A program made the position numbers and the translations under genes. From assembly GCA_002269645.1 (NCBI GenBank), contig NIVC01003317.1, positions 40,331 through 104,330 on the forward strand: DNA of 64,000 nucleotides, given 5' to 3'. Below are positions 11,751 to 22,599 of the stretch, piece by piece. Under the pieces are notes generated by a model. The model made no database searches and was not told the origin of the DNA. It was given only the letters and a program-made list of their open reading frames with translations. Each line of letters opens with the position of its first letter. Position 1 is the first letter of the stretch. Source of the stretch: Macrostomum lignano (taxonomy: Eukaryota).

Positions 11751-13746
11751 TGTCCAAAGCTAGCCTAATCTAGAAAATGCTATATTTATTTTTATCTGCT
11801 TTTTACATAATACAATATATATATTTGTTAAAGCATTCATGCTCAACATTATAAAGCTTTGGTAGTTTGCTGTACTTTAATCTAAAAACGTGTTTCTAAC
11901 TATACCAGCGCAAGCGAAAATACGATTGAAAACATAACTATAACATTTCTTTTTGTTACATTTTCATGTAACACGTTTTCAAGTGTCACTTGACTATAGT
12001 GCAAGGTTATTCCAGACATAGCCCGATATGCATGTTTTAGCAAGGAAATATGAGAAAAAGCATGGCTGAGAGCAGCATGTTCAATCATACGTCGAAGTCC
12101 TTTTCGCTCAGTCTCTCTCCTTCTCATACTCAAACCATCTCCATATCAAAGTTTGCTTTGAAGTTAGTTTTAATTGGCCTTGCTTAGTATAGTCAACATT
12201 TAACTACTGTAAACAGTTCATTTGGCACTTTCTATGCTGTGCAGAGTATTACCTAGGCCGGCTATGCCTAAGTATATTATAGCCTAATATTTACCTGTAC
12301 ACGTTAGGTTAGGTTACGTCTCAAGCTGACTTGGACGACGTCTTAAAGATAAACGAAAAGCGACAAAGAAAGAGCCAAGCTTATTGCTCAATGGTTATAG
12401 ATCAGAGTACTGAGGGGTGCGAGAGAGACAGTCTTAACCGAAGCGCGCAGACCCTGCTTGTACCGCATCAGCTCATAGTCTGGCAGTCTCAGGCAGACAG
12501 CACACACACTGGCTCAACAATGGCTAGTGGAATTCTCTCTCCGTATTTTCTGCCAGAGTTGGCAGTTGGGTGCCTGTCATTTGAAGTGGCCCAAGCCTAA
12601 AGACAGGTCTTTTTTAGAAATATACCTTGCTTGATACAGTTCTGCTTGGCGTCAAGAACTATTGTGTTTATCCAACAGAGAGTTCTCTATGAATCTTTTG
12701 TTTGTCGCACTGTTGTCGCAATATTCATAATTCATTAACTTTTGAACGAATAAAGGTCAGTGAGGGTAGATAAAAGTAAAAGAAAGTTGATGAGAGGTTG
12801 GACCTGTGGTTTGACTCCGTGTGCAGCCACATTAACTGCTGCTAGCGTAGTTCTGGCACACGGAGGCGAACCTCCAAGGCGCAGATAGTGTACATACCTG
12901 ACGCTGATAAAGTCAGGGCCACCGTTCACCCTGTGCGCCTGTGTACTTATCAGTGTAAGTTCTCAGGGGTCAGTGGACCTCAGCCACACCTGCAAGCAAT
13001 CCGACAGGTAGGGTAAGAGATGAGACAGTGGAAGAAAAAGAAATAAGCAGAGGAGAAACCTGAATGACGAACCTAGGAAAGGTTGCATTAAAAAAGATAT
13101 ATTCTGAAAAATGATTACAGTAACAGGTTAAGGCCAATAGATCTTAAGGCGATATTCTCGTATGTCGATACTAAAGCTGGTTGCGTGCTCAAGAACCCTG
13201 TCGCGGAAACCTGCTCAGACTCTTGAGTACATGACGAATAAAAATTTGCAGCAACCAATCTGCTGCTTACAGTGAGACTCTGAGCAGAGAGAGAGAGAGA
13301 GAGATGGCGCTCAAGATTATTCTCCACGATAAAACATGGGGGTTGGGTGTTCATTTGTCTGCAAACTAAAACGACAGTCTTTAATTTACTGCCCCACAAG
13401 CACCTGGCGCCGTACTGAAAACAGCGAGGCGGAGTGTGTGCACCTTCTCAATAGTTGAACCATACTCGCAAACAAAAGAGAGGCCAGAGCCGAGAAAGAC
13501 ACGCCAAGTAGAGACATCAGAAGACACAGACGAGTTGCATAGGAGCCACTTCGCCAGCGGGTCCCAAGCAGCCACTACACACTCGCACAGCTGCGGCTAT
13601 TGCAATAAAAGAGAAACACGTAGAGAGAAAATTAGCACCCTCAGCTGCCGCACAGAAAGAGAGAGAGAGAGAGAGAACAAACTATAGGCTTCAAAAGACG
13701 CTGCTCTGCTTCAATTTTTGTCGCTTTAGCTTCCAATTGGCTTGCG

Positions 13747-13760
13747 GTTGCCACAGAGAC
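13747..13760 (+). promoter_or_regulatory. X-box (RFX)-like motif GTTGCCACAGAGAC upstream of the TBATA-like gene
   Basis: Resembles the RFX site GTTGCCATGG(C/A)(A/G)AC. It lies about 150 bp upstream of the ATG, and a TATA-like TATTATAAG sits at 13816-13824. Confidence 0.4.
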
Positions 13761-13909
13761 CGACAGCGAGAGAGGCAGTCAGGGGGAGTGGGCGAGAGAC
13801 AGACTGTGGCCTCTGTATTATAAGGGACGCAGCAGCAGCAAGTGCAGTTGCCGTAGAAGCAAATTAGCGCGCTGCACTCGCCCAGATTCGATCAGCTCAA
13901 TAAAAAGCG

Positions 13910-14121
13910 ATGGCCACCGTGGAACTCCAGCCGGTGAAGAAGCCCGAGCCGTCCAACTCGACTCCAAGCCGGCCATCGACGCAGTCAGGCTACAGGTTCG
14001 GCCAGCTGTCCAAGAGTTCCTTCTTTGCCAGGCATAACCCGCACCCTCACAGGTGCGTTCACATCAAAGGACTGCTGGGCCTGCCCATTCCCGTGGTGGT
14101 CGATGACTGCGATGATAGCAG
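13910..14121 (+). CDS. TBATA: TBATA/SPATIAL-like protein, exon 1
   Basis: The motif FGQLSKSSFFARHNPHPHRCVHIKGLLGLPIPVV resembles the TBATA-family N-terminal block (from memory of the family). Donor AG|GTGAGG, phase 2. Confidence 0.75.
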
Positions 14122-14259
14122 GTGAGGGTCAGATTGATTTGTAAACCATTTTTAGAGCAACCTTTGATGTTACTTTCTTAATGTGGCTTCGAGAGGTTCA
14201 TTTAGACTACACCCACAGAGAAAAACTTGGAGTCCTCTGTGAAGTCTTAAATAGCCCCT

Positions 14260-15500
14260 TTACCTTTGGCGCCACATCTAGAAACCACAGCTTTTGTTCG
14301 CCACATCTAGAAACCACACCCTTTAGTACCACATCTAGAACCCACAGATATTTGGCGTCACATCTATAATCCACACCTTTTTAGCACCACATCTAGAAAC
14401 CCCACCCTTTAGTACCACATCTAGGACCCCTTTGGCGCCACATCTAGAACCCACACCCTTTAGTACCACATTTAGAACCCATACCCTTTAGTACCAAATC
14501 TAGAACCCATACCCTTTAGTACCACATTTAGAACCCATACCCTTTAGTACCACATCTAAGACCCATACCCTTTAGTACCACATCTAAGACCCACACCCTT
14601 TAGTGTCACATCTAGAACCCATAGCTTTTTGGCGCCACATCTAGAACCCACAGCTTTTTGGCACCACATCTAGAAACCACACACTTTAGTACGACATCTA
14701 GAACCCACACCCTTTTGGCGCCACATCTAGAAACCACACCCTTTAGTACCACATCTAGGACCCACACCCTTTAGTACCACATCTAGGACCCACACCCTTT
14801 AGTACCACATCTAGAACCCACAGCTTTTTGGCGCCGCATCTATAATCCACGCCCTTTTGGCGCCACATATAGAACCCACACCCTTCCCTTTTGGCGCCAC
14901 ATCTAAAACCCACACCCTTTTGGCGCCACATCTAGAAACCACACCCTTTTGGCGCCACATCTAGAAACCACACCCTTTAGTACCACATCTAGGACCCATA
15001 CCCTTTAGTACCACATCTAGAACCCACAGCTTTTTGATGCCACATCTAGAACCCACACCCTTTTGGCGCCACATCTAGAAACCACACCCTTTAGTACCAC
15101 ATCTATAATCCACACCCTTTTGGCGCCACATATAGAACCCACACCCTTCCATTTTGGCGCCACATCTAGAACCCACACCCTTTAGTACCACATCTAGAAC
15201 CCACACCCTTTAGTACCACATCTAGAACCCACACCCTTTAGTACCACATCTAGAACCCACACCCTTTAGTACCACATCTAGAACCCACACCCTTTAGTAC
15301 CACATCTAGAACCCACACCCTTTAGTACCACATCTAGAACCCACACCCTTTAGTACCACATCTAGAACCCACACCCTTTAGTACCACATCTAGAACCCAC
15401 ACCCTTTAGTACCACATCTATAATCCACACCCTTTTGGCGCCACATCTAGGACCTGCACTCTTTTGGCGCCACATCTAGAACCCACTCCCTTTTGGTGCC
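14260..15500. repeat. 28-bp minisatellite CCACATCTAGAACCCACACCCTTTAGTA (variant TTTTGGCG) filling TBATA intron 1
   Basis: Tandem copies are visible, and they are homogeneous from 15170 to 15420. Confidence 0.95.
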
Positions 15501-15563
15501 ACAACCGAGTACACTGCAACAATGTCCCTCAAGCACTAAACCCCGCAATAAAAACCAACGCAG

Positions 15564-15883
15564 CTACGAAACACACCTGTGCTTCCCTCCGAACGGGCAC
15601 AATGACGAGAAGCTGGCCAGCCAGAGGCTTCTGCTGCCGGTCAACGCCATCCATCTCAACTCGCACAAGCACCCGCTGGACACGGTGAATGGACTGCAGT
15701 ATTTCACCAACTTGAGAAACTATTCATTCAAGGAGAAGGCCGTACCAAGACTCGGTCTAGTTCCGGTAACCGAGAGCTGGAGAGAGCAGCTGAGAAGCCT
15801 CACTGACCAGACATTCCATCCTGAGCAGCCAGTGGCTCCGGCTCCGGCTGCAGACGGACGCGGCGACATGAACCTGCGGCGTG
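15564..15883 (+). CDS. TBATA: TBATA-like, exon 2
   Basis: Acceptor ccaacgCAG|C is phase 2 and matches exon 1. Encodes ...PRLGLVPVTESWREQLRSL.... Donor G|GTGAGT, phase 1. Confidence 0.72.
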
Positions 15884-15974
15884 GTGAGTAACTGCATACA
15901 GTTAGTAGGTGGCCAACTTTCGAGGCATGCCTACTTCTATGAAAGCTTGATCATTTTTTATTTTTGGCGCTATT

Positions 15975-18440
15975 TTGGATGTCTGTGGTGCTACCATGTA
16001 CTTTGATGTCTGTGGCGCTACTTTGATGTCTGTGGCGCTACCATGTACTTTGATGTCTGTGGCGCTACTTTGATGTCTGTGGTGCTACTTTGATGTCTGT
16101 GGCGCTACTTTGATGTCTGTGGCGCTACTTTGGATGTCTGTGGCACTACTTTGGATGTCTGTGGCGCTACCATGTACTTTGATGTCTGTAGCGCTACCAT
16201 GTACTTTGATGTCTGTGGCGCTACCATGTACGTTGATGTCTGTGGCGTTACCATGTACTTTGACGTCTGGGGCGCTACCATGTACTTTGGATGTCTGTGG
16301 TGCTACCATGTACTTTGATGTCTGTGGCGCTACCATGTACTTTGATGTCTGTGGCGCTACCATGTACTTTGATGTCTGTGGCGCTACCATGTACTTTGGA
16401 TGTCTGTGGTGCTACCATGTACTTTGATGTCTGGGGCGCTACCATGTACTTTGATGTCTGGGGCGCTACCATGTACTTTGATATCTGTGGCGCTACCATG
16501 TACTTTGATGTCTGTGGCGCTACCATGTACGTTGATGTCTGTGGCGCTACTTTGGATGTCTGTGGCGCTACTTTGGATGTCTGTGGCGCTACCATGTACT
16601 TTGATGTCTGTGGCGCTACTTTGGATGTCTGTTGCGCTACCATGTACTTTGATGTCTGTGGTGCTACTTTGGATGTCTGTTGCGCTACCACGTACTTTGA
16701 TGTCTGTGGCGCTACTTTGGATGTCTGTTGCGCTACCATGTACTTTGATGTCAGTGGCGCTACCATGTACTTTGATGTCTGTGGCGCTACTTTGCATGTC
16801 TGTTGCGCTACCATGTACTTTGATGTCTGTGGCGCTACTTTGATGTCTGGGGCGCTACCATGTACTTTGATGTCTGTGGCGCTACTTTGCATGTCTGTTG
16901 CGCTACCATGTACTTTGATGTCTGTGTAGCTACATTGGATGTCTGTGGCGCTACTTTGATGTCTGTGGCGCTACCATGTACTTTGATGTCTGTGGCGTTA
17001 CCATGTACGTTGATGTCTGTGGCGCTACCATGTACGTTGATGTCTGTGGCGCTACCATGTACTTTGACGTCTGGGGCGCTACTTTGGATGTCTGTGGCGC
17101 TACTTTGATGTCTGTGGCGCTACCATGTACTTTGATGTCTGTGGCGCTACCATGTACTTTGATGTCTGGAGCGCTACCATGTACTTTGATGTCTGTGGCG
17201 CTACCATGTACGTTGATGTCTGTGGCGCTACCATGTACTTTGATGTCTGGAGCGCTACCATGTACTTTGATGTCTGTGGCGCTACTTTGATGTCTGTGGC
17301 GCTACCATGTACTTTGATGTCTGTGGCGCTACCATGTACTTTGATGTCTGGAGCGCTACCATGTACTTTGATGTCTGTGGCGCTACCATGTACGTTGATG
17401 TCTGTGGCGCTACCATGTACTTTGATGTCTGGAGCGCTACCATGTACTTTGATGTCTGTGGCGCTACCATGTACTTTGATGTCTGTGGCGCTACTTTGGA
17501 TGTCTGTTGCGCTACCATCTACTTTGATGTCTGTGGCGCTACCATGTACTTTGATGTCTGTGGCGCTACTTTGGATGTCTGTTGCGCTATCATGTACTTT
17601 GATGCCTGTGGCGCTACTTTGGATGTCTGTGGCGCTACCATGTACTTTGATGTCTGACGTGGCGCTACTTTGGATGTCTGTTGCGCTAAAATGTACTTTG
17701 ATGTCTGTGGCGCTACTTTGGATGTCTGTGGCGCTACCATGTACTTTGATGTTTGTGGCGCTACTTTGGATGTCTGTTGCGCTACCATGTACTTTGATGT
17801 CTGTGGCGCTACTTTGGATGTCTGTTGCGCTAACATGTACTTTGATGTCTGTGGCGCTACTTTGGATGTCTGTGGCGCTACCATGTACTTTGATGTCTGT
17901 TGCGCTATCATGTACTTTGATGTCTGTGGCGCTACTTTGATGTCTGTGGCGCTACCATGTACTTTGATGTCTGTGGCGCTACCATGTACTTTGATGTCTG
18001 TGGCGCTACTTTGGATGTCTGTGGCGCTACCATGTACTTTGATGTCTGTGGCGCTACTTTGGATGTCTGTTGCGCTACCATGTACTTTGATGTCTGTGGC
18101 GCTACTTTGGATGTCTGTGGCGCTACCATGTACTTTGATGTCTGTGGCGCTACAATTGTACTTTGATGTCTGTGGCGCTACGATGTACTTTGATGTCTGT
18201 GGCGCTACCATGTACTTTGATGTCTGTGGCGCTACCATGTACTTTGATGTCTGTGGCGCTACCATGTACTTTGATGTCTGTGGCGCTACTTTGACGTCTG
18301 GGGCGCTACTTTGGATGTCTGTGGCGCTACTTTGATGTCTGTGGCGCTACTTTGATGTCTCTTGCGCTACCATGTACTTTGATGTCTGTGGCGCTTTTTT
18401 GATGTCTGAGGCGCTACTTTGATGTCTGTGGCGCTACTTT
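15975..18440. repeat. 2.5-kb satellite of 27-bp (GATGTCTGTGGCGCTACCATGTACTTT) and 20/21-bp subunits in TBATA intron 2
   Basis: Visible tandem array. All ORFs at 16085-18335 are translations of it. Confidence 0.95.
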
Positions 18441-19328
18441 TTTAGCTTGCACAAAAGTACGACTTTTAAAAGTTCATGACGCACCGGCAGTTCATTGTCG
18501 ATACAAAAATATATGTACTTAGCAACATTGTAAATTCGCCATCACAGAAGATTCTGTCTGTGGTCGCCACTTTTGAGAGCGCAGGTAAAGTCTCATCTCA
18601 ATTTTTGCCAGTGACGCAACTCAGCTCCGCCGCGGCAGCCTTGAGTTGAGGAATGAACTGGGGGAGCGGTGTGCGAGGGTTGGAGGGATTAAAGCTACTC
18701 CGATCTATTTTCTCGTGTCTTTTAAATTTCAGAATAGTCCCAGAGAAATTGCTCACTGGGCGCATAGAGTGGCGACTTTTCAATGTTGCTGAGTATATAG
18801 GAGAATTACGAGCTATTAATATCAATTTCTTTTTTGGACACACGCCAGCATATTTAATGAACACCAATTGGAGAAATCAGAATCAGAGAGTAGAATAAGC
18901 GTTTATTTTTTTCTTTTTTTGTAGAAGTTTGCTCTTAAGTGTCAAAATGCATTTTAACCAAATATGTTTGTTTTAGCTTATCAACAAAAAGCGTATTTCT
19001 AACCTTCCAAATATTTTTACTAACATATCCAATAGAGTGCGTACGCTGTGAGTCATCTAAAATCAGCGTCTGTGGTTAAGTGGCGCGATCTGATTGGCTG
19101 AGAGCCGATACGCTGCCTGACAGTTTTTTCTACCCCCCCCCCCAGCCAAGGGTGGTGCGATGGGTTGACTTTGAACGCGGGAAGGGAACGGGGCTGCAGT
19201 GAGGGGGGTGGTCGGACTGCTCAGTCAGCCAATTGCAGCCACTGGCGTGACCCCCAACCCCTAAGCGTAGCACAGTGTGTGAAACGTAATCTTTAGCTAG
19301 TATAATTTATAAAGCCTAACTCTGATCC

Positions 19329-19335
19329 TATAAAA
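19329..19335 (+). promoter_or_regulatory. TATA box (TATAAAA) of the nested secreted-protein gene
   Basis: Canonical TATAAAA about 80 bp upstream of ATG 19414. Confidence 0.5.
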
Positions 19336-19413
19336 TGGTCTGAAGTCTAATGGTTTTCGGGACTGTTGCTCACGTCTACCATTTTGATCATTTTGAGCAG
19401 CACTTGGAACAAT

Positions 19414-20439
19414 ATGAGAACTAGCTTAAATTGGCTGGCTCTGCTAGCCTTTGCTTGCGGGCTAGGCCTGGTTGAGTCGCACGGAGATCATGGCATTGCC
19501 AGAGGCACCAACACCTACGATGGATATCAGCAACCTTACAGCTCGGGTGTGAGCTACGGTAAGGGCAAGGATGATCGCTATGCCAAGGGCTACGACAAGG
19601 ACGACGGCTATGAAAAGGCCTATGACCGGAGCTACGACAGGAACGATGGGTATGGCAAGAGCTACGGCAAGGACGATGGCTATGACAAGGGCTACGGCAA
19701 GCGTTATGGCAAGGACGATGACTACAAGGGCTACGGCAAGAGCTACGGCAAGAACGATGTCTATGACAAGGGCTACGGCAAGCGTTACAGCAAGGACGAT
19801 GACTACGACAAGGGCTACGGCAAGCGCTACGGCAAGGACGATGACTACGACAAGGGCTACGGCAAGAGCTACCGCGAGAGCTACGGCAAGAGCTACGGCA
19901 AGGACGATGACTATGACAAGGGCTACGGAAAGCGTTACAGCAAGGACGATGACTACGACAAGGGCTACGGCAAGCGCTACGGCAAGGACGATGACTACGA
20001 CAAGGGCTACGGCAAGAGCTACCGCGAGAGCTACGGCAAGAGCTACGGCAAGGACGATGGCTATGGCAAGGGCTACGGCAAGGACGATGGCTATGGCAAG
20101 GGCTATGAACCCAGCTACGCCAAGGGCTACGATAAGTTAAATTATTATGACGACGACTACGCTGACGACTACAGCGGCGAAGATTACCTGGACCTGCTCG
20201 ATCTTTTCGACGACTACGGATTCGACGACTACTACGACAGTTTCTATGGCGGCGACTACGACTACGACGAGGTGATCGAAGAAGAGCTCGACAAGTACGG
20301 CAAGCCTCGCGTGGTTAGTCACTACCTGGAGAGCCCGAAGGGCGGCAAGCGCAAGCTGTTGTACAAGGCGCCTAAGGACAAGTATGGCAACTATAAGTAC
20401 AGCGACAACGGCTACGGCAGTCGGAAGAAGCGCTATTGA
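19414..20439 (+). CDS. Intronless secreted Tyr/Gly/Lys/Asp-rich repeat protein (341 aa), nested in TBATA intron 2; candidate DOPA/tanning structural protein
   Basis: The first ATG in the open frame gives signal peptide-like MRTSLNWLALLAFACGLGLVES. It is followed by YGK/YDK/KDDDY repeats (about 64 Tyr, no Cys in the mature part), an acidic block and a basic C-terminus. Third-position variation between repeat units suggests real coding sequence. Function is inferred. Confidence 0.85.
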   Translation: MRTSLNWLALLAFACGLGLVESHGDHGIARGTNTYDGYQQPYSSGVSYGKGKDDRYAKGYDKDDGYEKAYDRSYDRNDGYGKSYGKDDGYDKGYGKRYGKDDDYKGYGKSYGKNDVYDKGYGKRYSKDDDYDKGYGKRYGKDDDYDKGYGKSYRESYGKSYGKDDDYDKGYGKRYSKDDDYDKGYGKRYGKDDDYDKGYGKSYRESYGKSYGKDDGYGKGYGKDDGYGKGYEPSYAKGYDKLNYYDDDYADDYSGEDYLDLLDLFDDYGFDDYYDSFYGGDYDYDEVIEEELDKYGKPRVVSHYLESPKGGKRKLLYKAPKDKYGNYKYSDNGYGSRKKRY

Positions 20440-20949
20440 GGAGTGACTGCAGAGAAATATTGTTTTCAAAATTATCACAATCGTTTACAATATATTTGTA
20501 TGCTTTGTTTGTTATCGTCTAAATATATTTTGTTCAATTACTAAAACGTGCGCTGTCTGACTTTTTACTGGCTTCTAAGCCAGCTTTGCAGTTGGTAGTC
20601 GATTTAGAATTTAGACGAAAAATTTCTAAACACTACTAAAGTAGCATCATTGGAAGGAGAGCAGTAACTTTAAGCATCATTTAATTTCAAACGCGTGTTA
20701 CTTCGTATGATGTTGATATAAATGTAAAATTCTTAAGATGTAGTCGATAGATCTTCCAACAGTTTGGCCAGTTCTGTCAATGGAGTTCTGCCAATGAAAC
20801 TCTACCAATAGAAGTCTCTCAAATGAAGTAACTAGCGGGTCGTACTATAAAGCTGTCGTAGCGTAAGTTGGATCGTACGCCAGAACTTTTACACTGCGGA
20901 GATGGGAGCTAAGAACGATCTTATCTTACGATGGCTTTATAGAACTGGC

Positions 20950-21135
20950 TCTAGGACTTTAACAATAGAATTCTACCAACCGGAGTCTACCATTCTCTAC
21001 CAATAGAACTCTACCAACGGGACTTTACCATTCTCTACCAATAGAACTCTACCAACCGGAGTCTACCATTCTCTACCAATAGAACTCTACCAAAGTAAAT
21101 CTACCAATATCTACCAATTGGACTCCACCAATGAA
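20950..21135. repeat. Short degenerate repeat CTACCA(ATAGAACT/TTCT)
   Basis: Repeated ctaccaatagaact units, including a duplicated block of about 45 bp. Confidence 0.6.
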
Positions 21136-21297
21136 ACTCTTAACAGCATCGGCAATGCAGATCCAACCAATGTGTAAATATTAGTTTAACCATTTACATT
21201 AATGTTATCGGTCAACTTTGCCTATCTACTCATTTCGCCAGGGCTAAAAACTCACTAAACCTTAATTCGTGCACCAAACAACTTCACCAATCCGCAG

Positions 21298-21650
21298 AGG
21301 CCACCTATCCTGACCCAGCCCGCCAGCAGCAGCCGGAGCAGTCACAGACGGCCAGGCCGATGTACAGTCGACAGACCGGGCGGCTGATTCCGCCACCGTC
21401 ACGCGCAATGTCGCGTCGTCCGCTGCGCTCATCCCGTCGTTCCACGCCGGCCCACGTGCTGTCCAACTACGAGCACATCAGCGCCGCACCGGACCTCGAG
21501 TCCGCGGTGTTCAGCATGCTCTGCCAGATTCTACAGACCGAGGATTTCAACGCCGTCCAGGCTTGGCTGGTGAGCGCCTCCGATCGAGAGAAGGCGCTCG
21601 TCATGGACGTTATCCGATCTGCTGTGGCTAACAAAGCTGCGTACTACGAG
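21298..21650 (+). CDS. TBATA: TBATA-like, exon 3 (conserved C-terminal block)
   Basis: Acceptor tccgCAG|AG, phase 1. Encodes YSRQTGRLIPPPSRA and MLCQILQTEDFNAVQAWLVSASDREKALV, typical of the TBATA/C4orf17 family. Donor GAG|GTGAGG, phase 0. Confidence 0.8.
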
Positions 21651-22169
21651 GTGAGGACCGGCTGCTATGTTACCACCAGTAGCTCTGTAGTTCAAAGATT
21701 GCTCAAACCAATTTTATAATGGGTCTGAACCATCTGTACGAGCTAAATTGATTTGAGCAATCCTGGACTCGCGAAGCTACTAGCGGAGCGAGACGAAAAG
21801 TTTTGTGATCACACGATTCTAGTAAACTGTATTTTGCATGTAGCTTTGTTTATGAGTTTTTGGGGCTCTCTAAGTGTGGTGCCACTCAACAACTAGTAGA
21901 ATTCACGAGTCTGTTTATGCTGCCTAAACTCTACCAACTGATTTGTCTGCTATGACCCGCCAGGGGCCGATTTCACGAAGCTTAGCAGCTAGCAGTTAGC
22001 AGTAGCTCAACCAATCTATGGCCTCGATTCTGTCACGTGATGCATCGCTCAAGAGCTACTGTTGACTGTGTTGATTATACATTTGTGTCCTATATGCAAC
22101 CTGCTTCTCTGTACTAATTTATCTGAGCACGTCTCAAGACCCACCAAACCTGTCGGCCCCTCCACTCAG

Positions 22170-22544
22170 GCGGACCCCACTGGCGAGGTCTTCCAGCCCA
22201 CCAACATTCGCGAGGATTTGCACCTGCCACCAATTGCGGAGGATCCCGACCGACCGAAACGGGTCGACCGCCTCGTGATTGAGGACGCCGAGTCATCGGA
22301 GTCTCACCTGCACGGTCACCATCATGAGCAAGCCCAGTGTCAGCCTGAGGAGCAGCCGCAGGCCCCGGCTGAGAAGAAGCTTGAGGCGAAACCCGTGGCA
22401 GGAGCCAAGACGTCTCGGCAAGAGAAGGAGCCGAAGCAGAAGGAGCAACAGCAGCAACAACAGAAGCCAGCAAAGGCGGCTGCCGGAGCCAAAGGCGGCA
22501 AGAATTCGGACAAGAAGGCGAAAACTGGAGCTAAATTGAAGTAA
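22170..22544 (+). CDS. TBATA: TBATA-like, exon 4 (low-complexity E/Q/K tail)
   Basis: Branch-like TACTAAT at about 22112 and acceptor ccactCAG|GCG, phase 0. Open to TAA at 22544. The four exons total 1260 nt, about 419 aa. Confidence 0.65.
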   Translation, partial: ADPTGEVFQPTNIREDLHLPPIAEDPDRPKRVDRLVIEDAESSESHLHGHHHEQAQCQPEEQPQAPAEKKLEAKPVAGAKTSRQEKEPKQKEQQQQQQKPAKAAAGAKGGKNSDKKAKTGAKLK

Positions 22545-22599
22545 GAGCGATTGTTTTAAAACCAATGACTTTATCCATTGGATAAAAAATCGATAAAAT

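Noticed and set aside
16085-18335. Many ORFs of 60-270 aa (MYFDVCGAT/MSVALPCTL repeats)
   Set aside because: They are translations of the intronic satellite in all frames.
19780-19990. FLAG-tag-like KDDDY/DYK sequences suggesting a synthetic construct
   Set aside because: There is no exact DYKDDDDK and no vector sequence, and the units vary naturally.
19571-20140. Overlapping +1-frame ORF (TMTTTRATARAT repeats)
   Set aside because: It is a shadow frame of the YGK repeat gene. The YGK frame has the signal peptide, the TATA box and non-repetitive termini.
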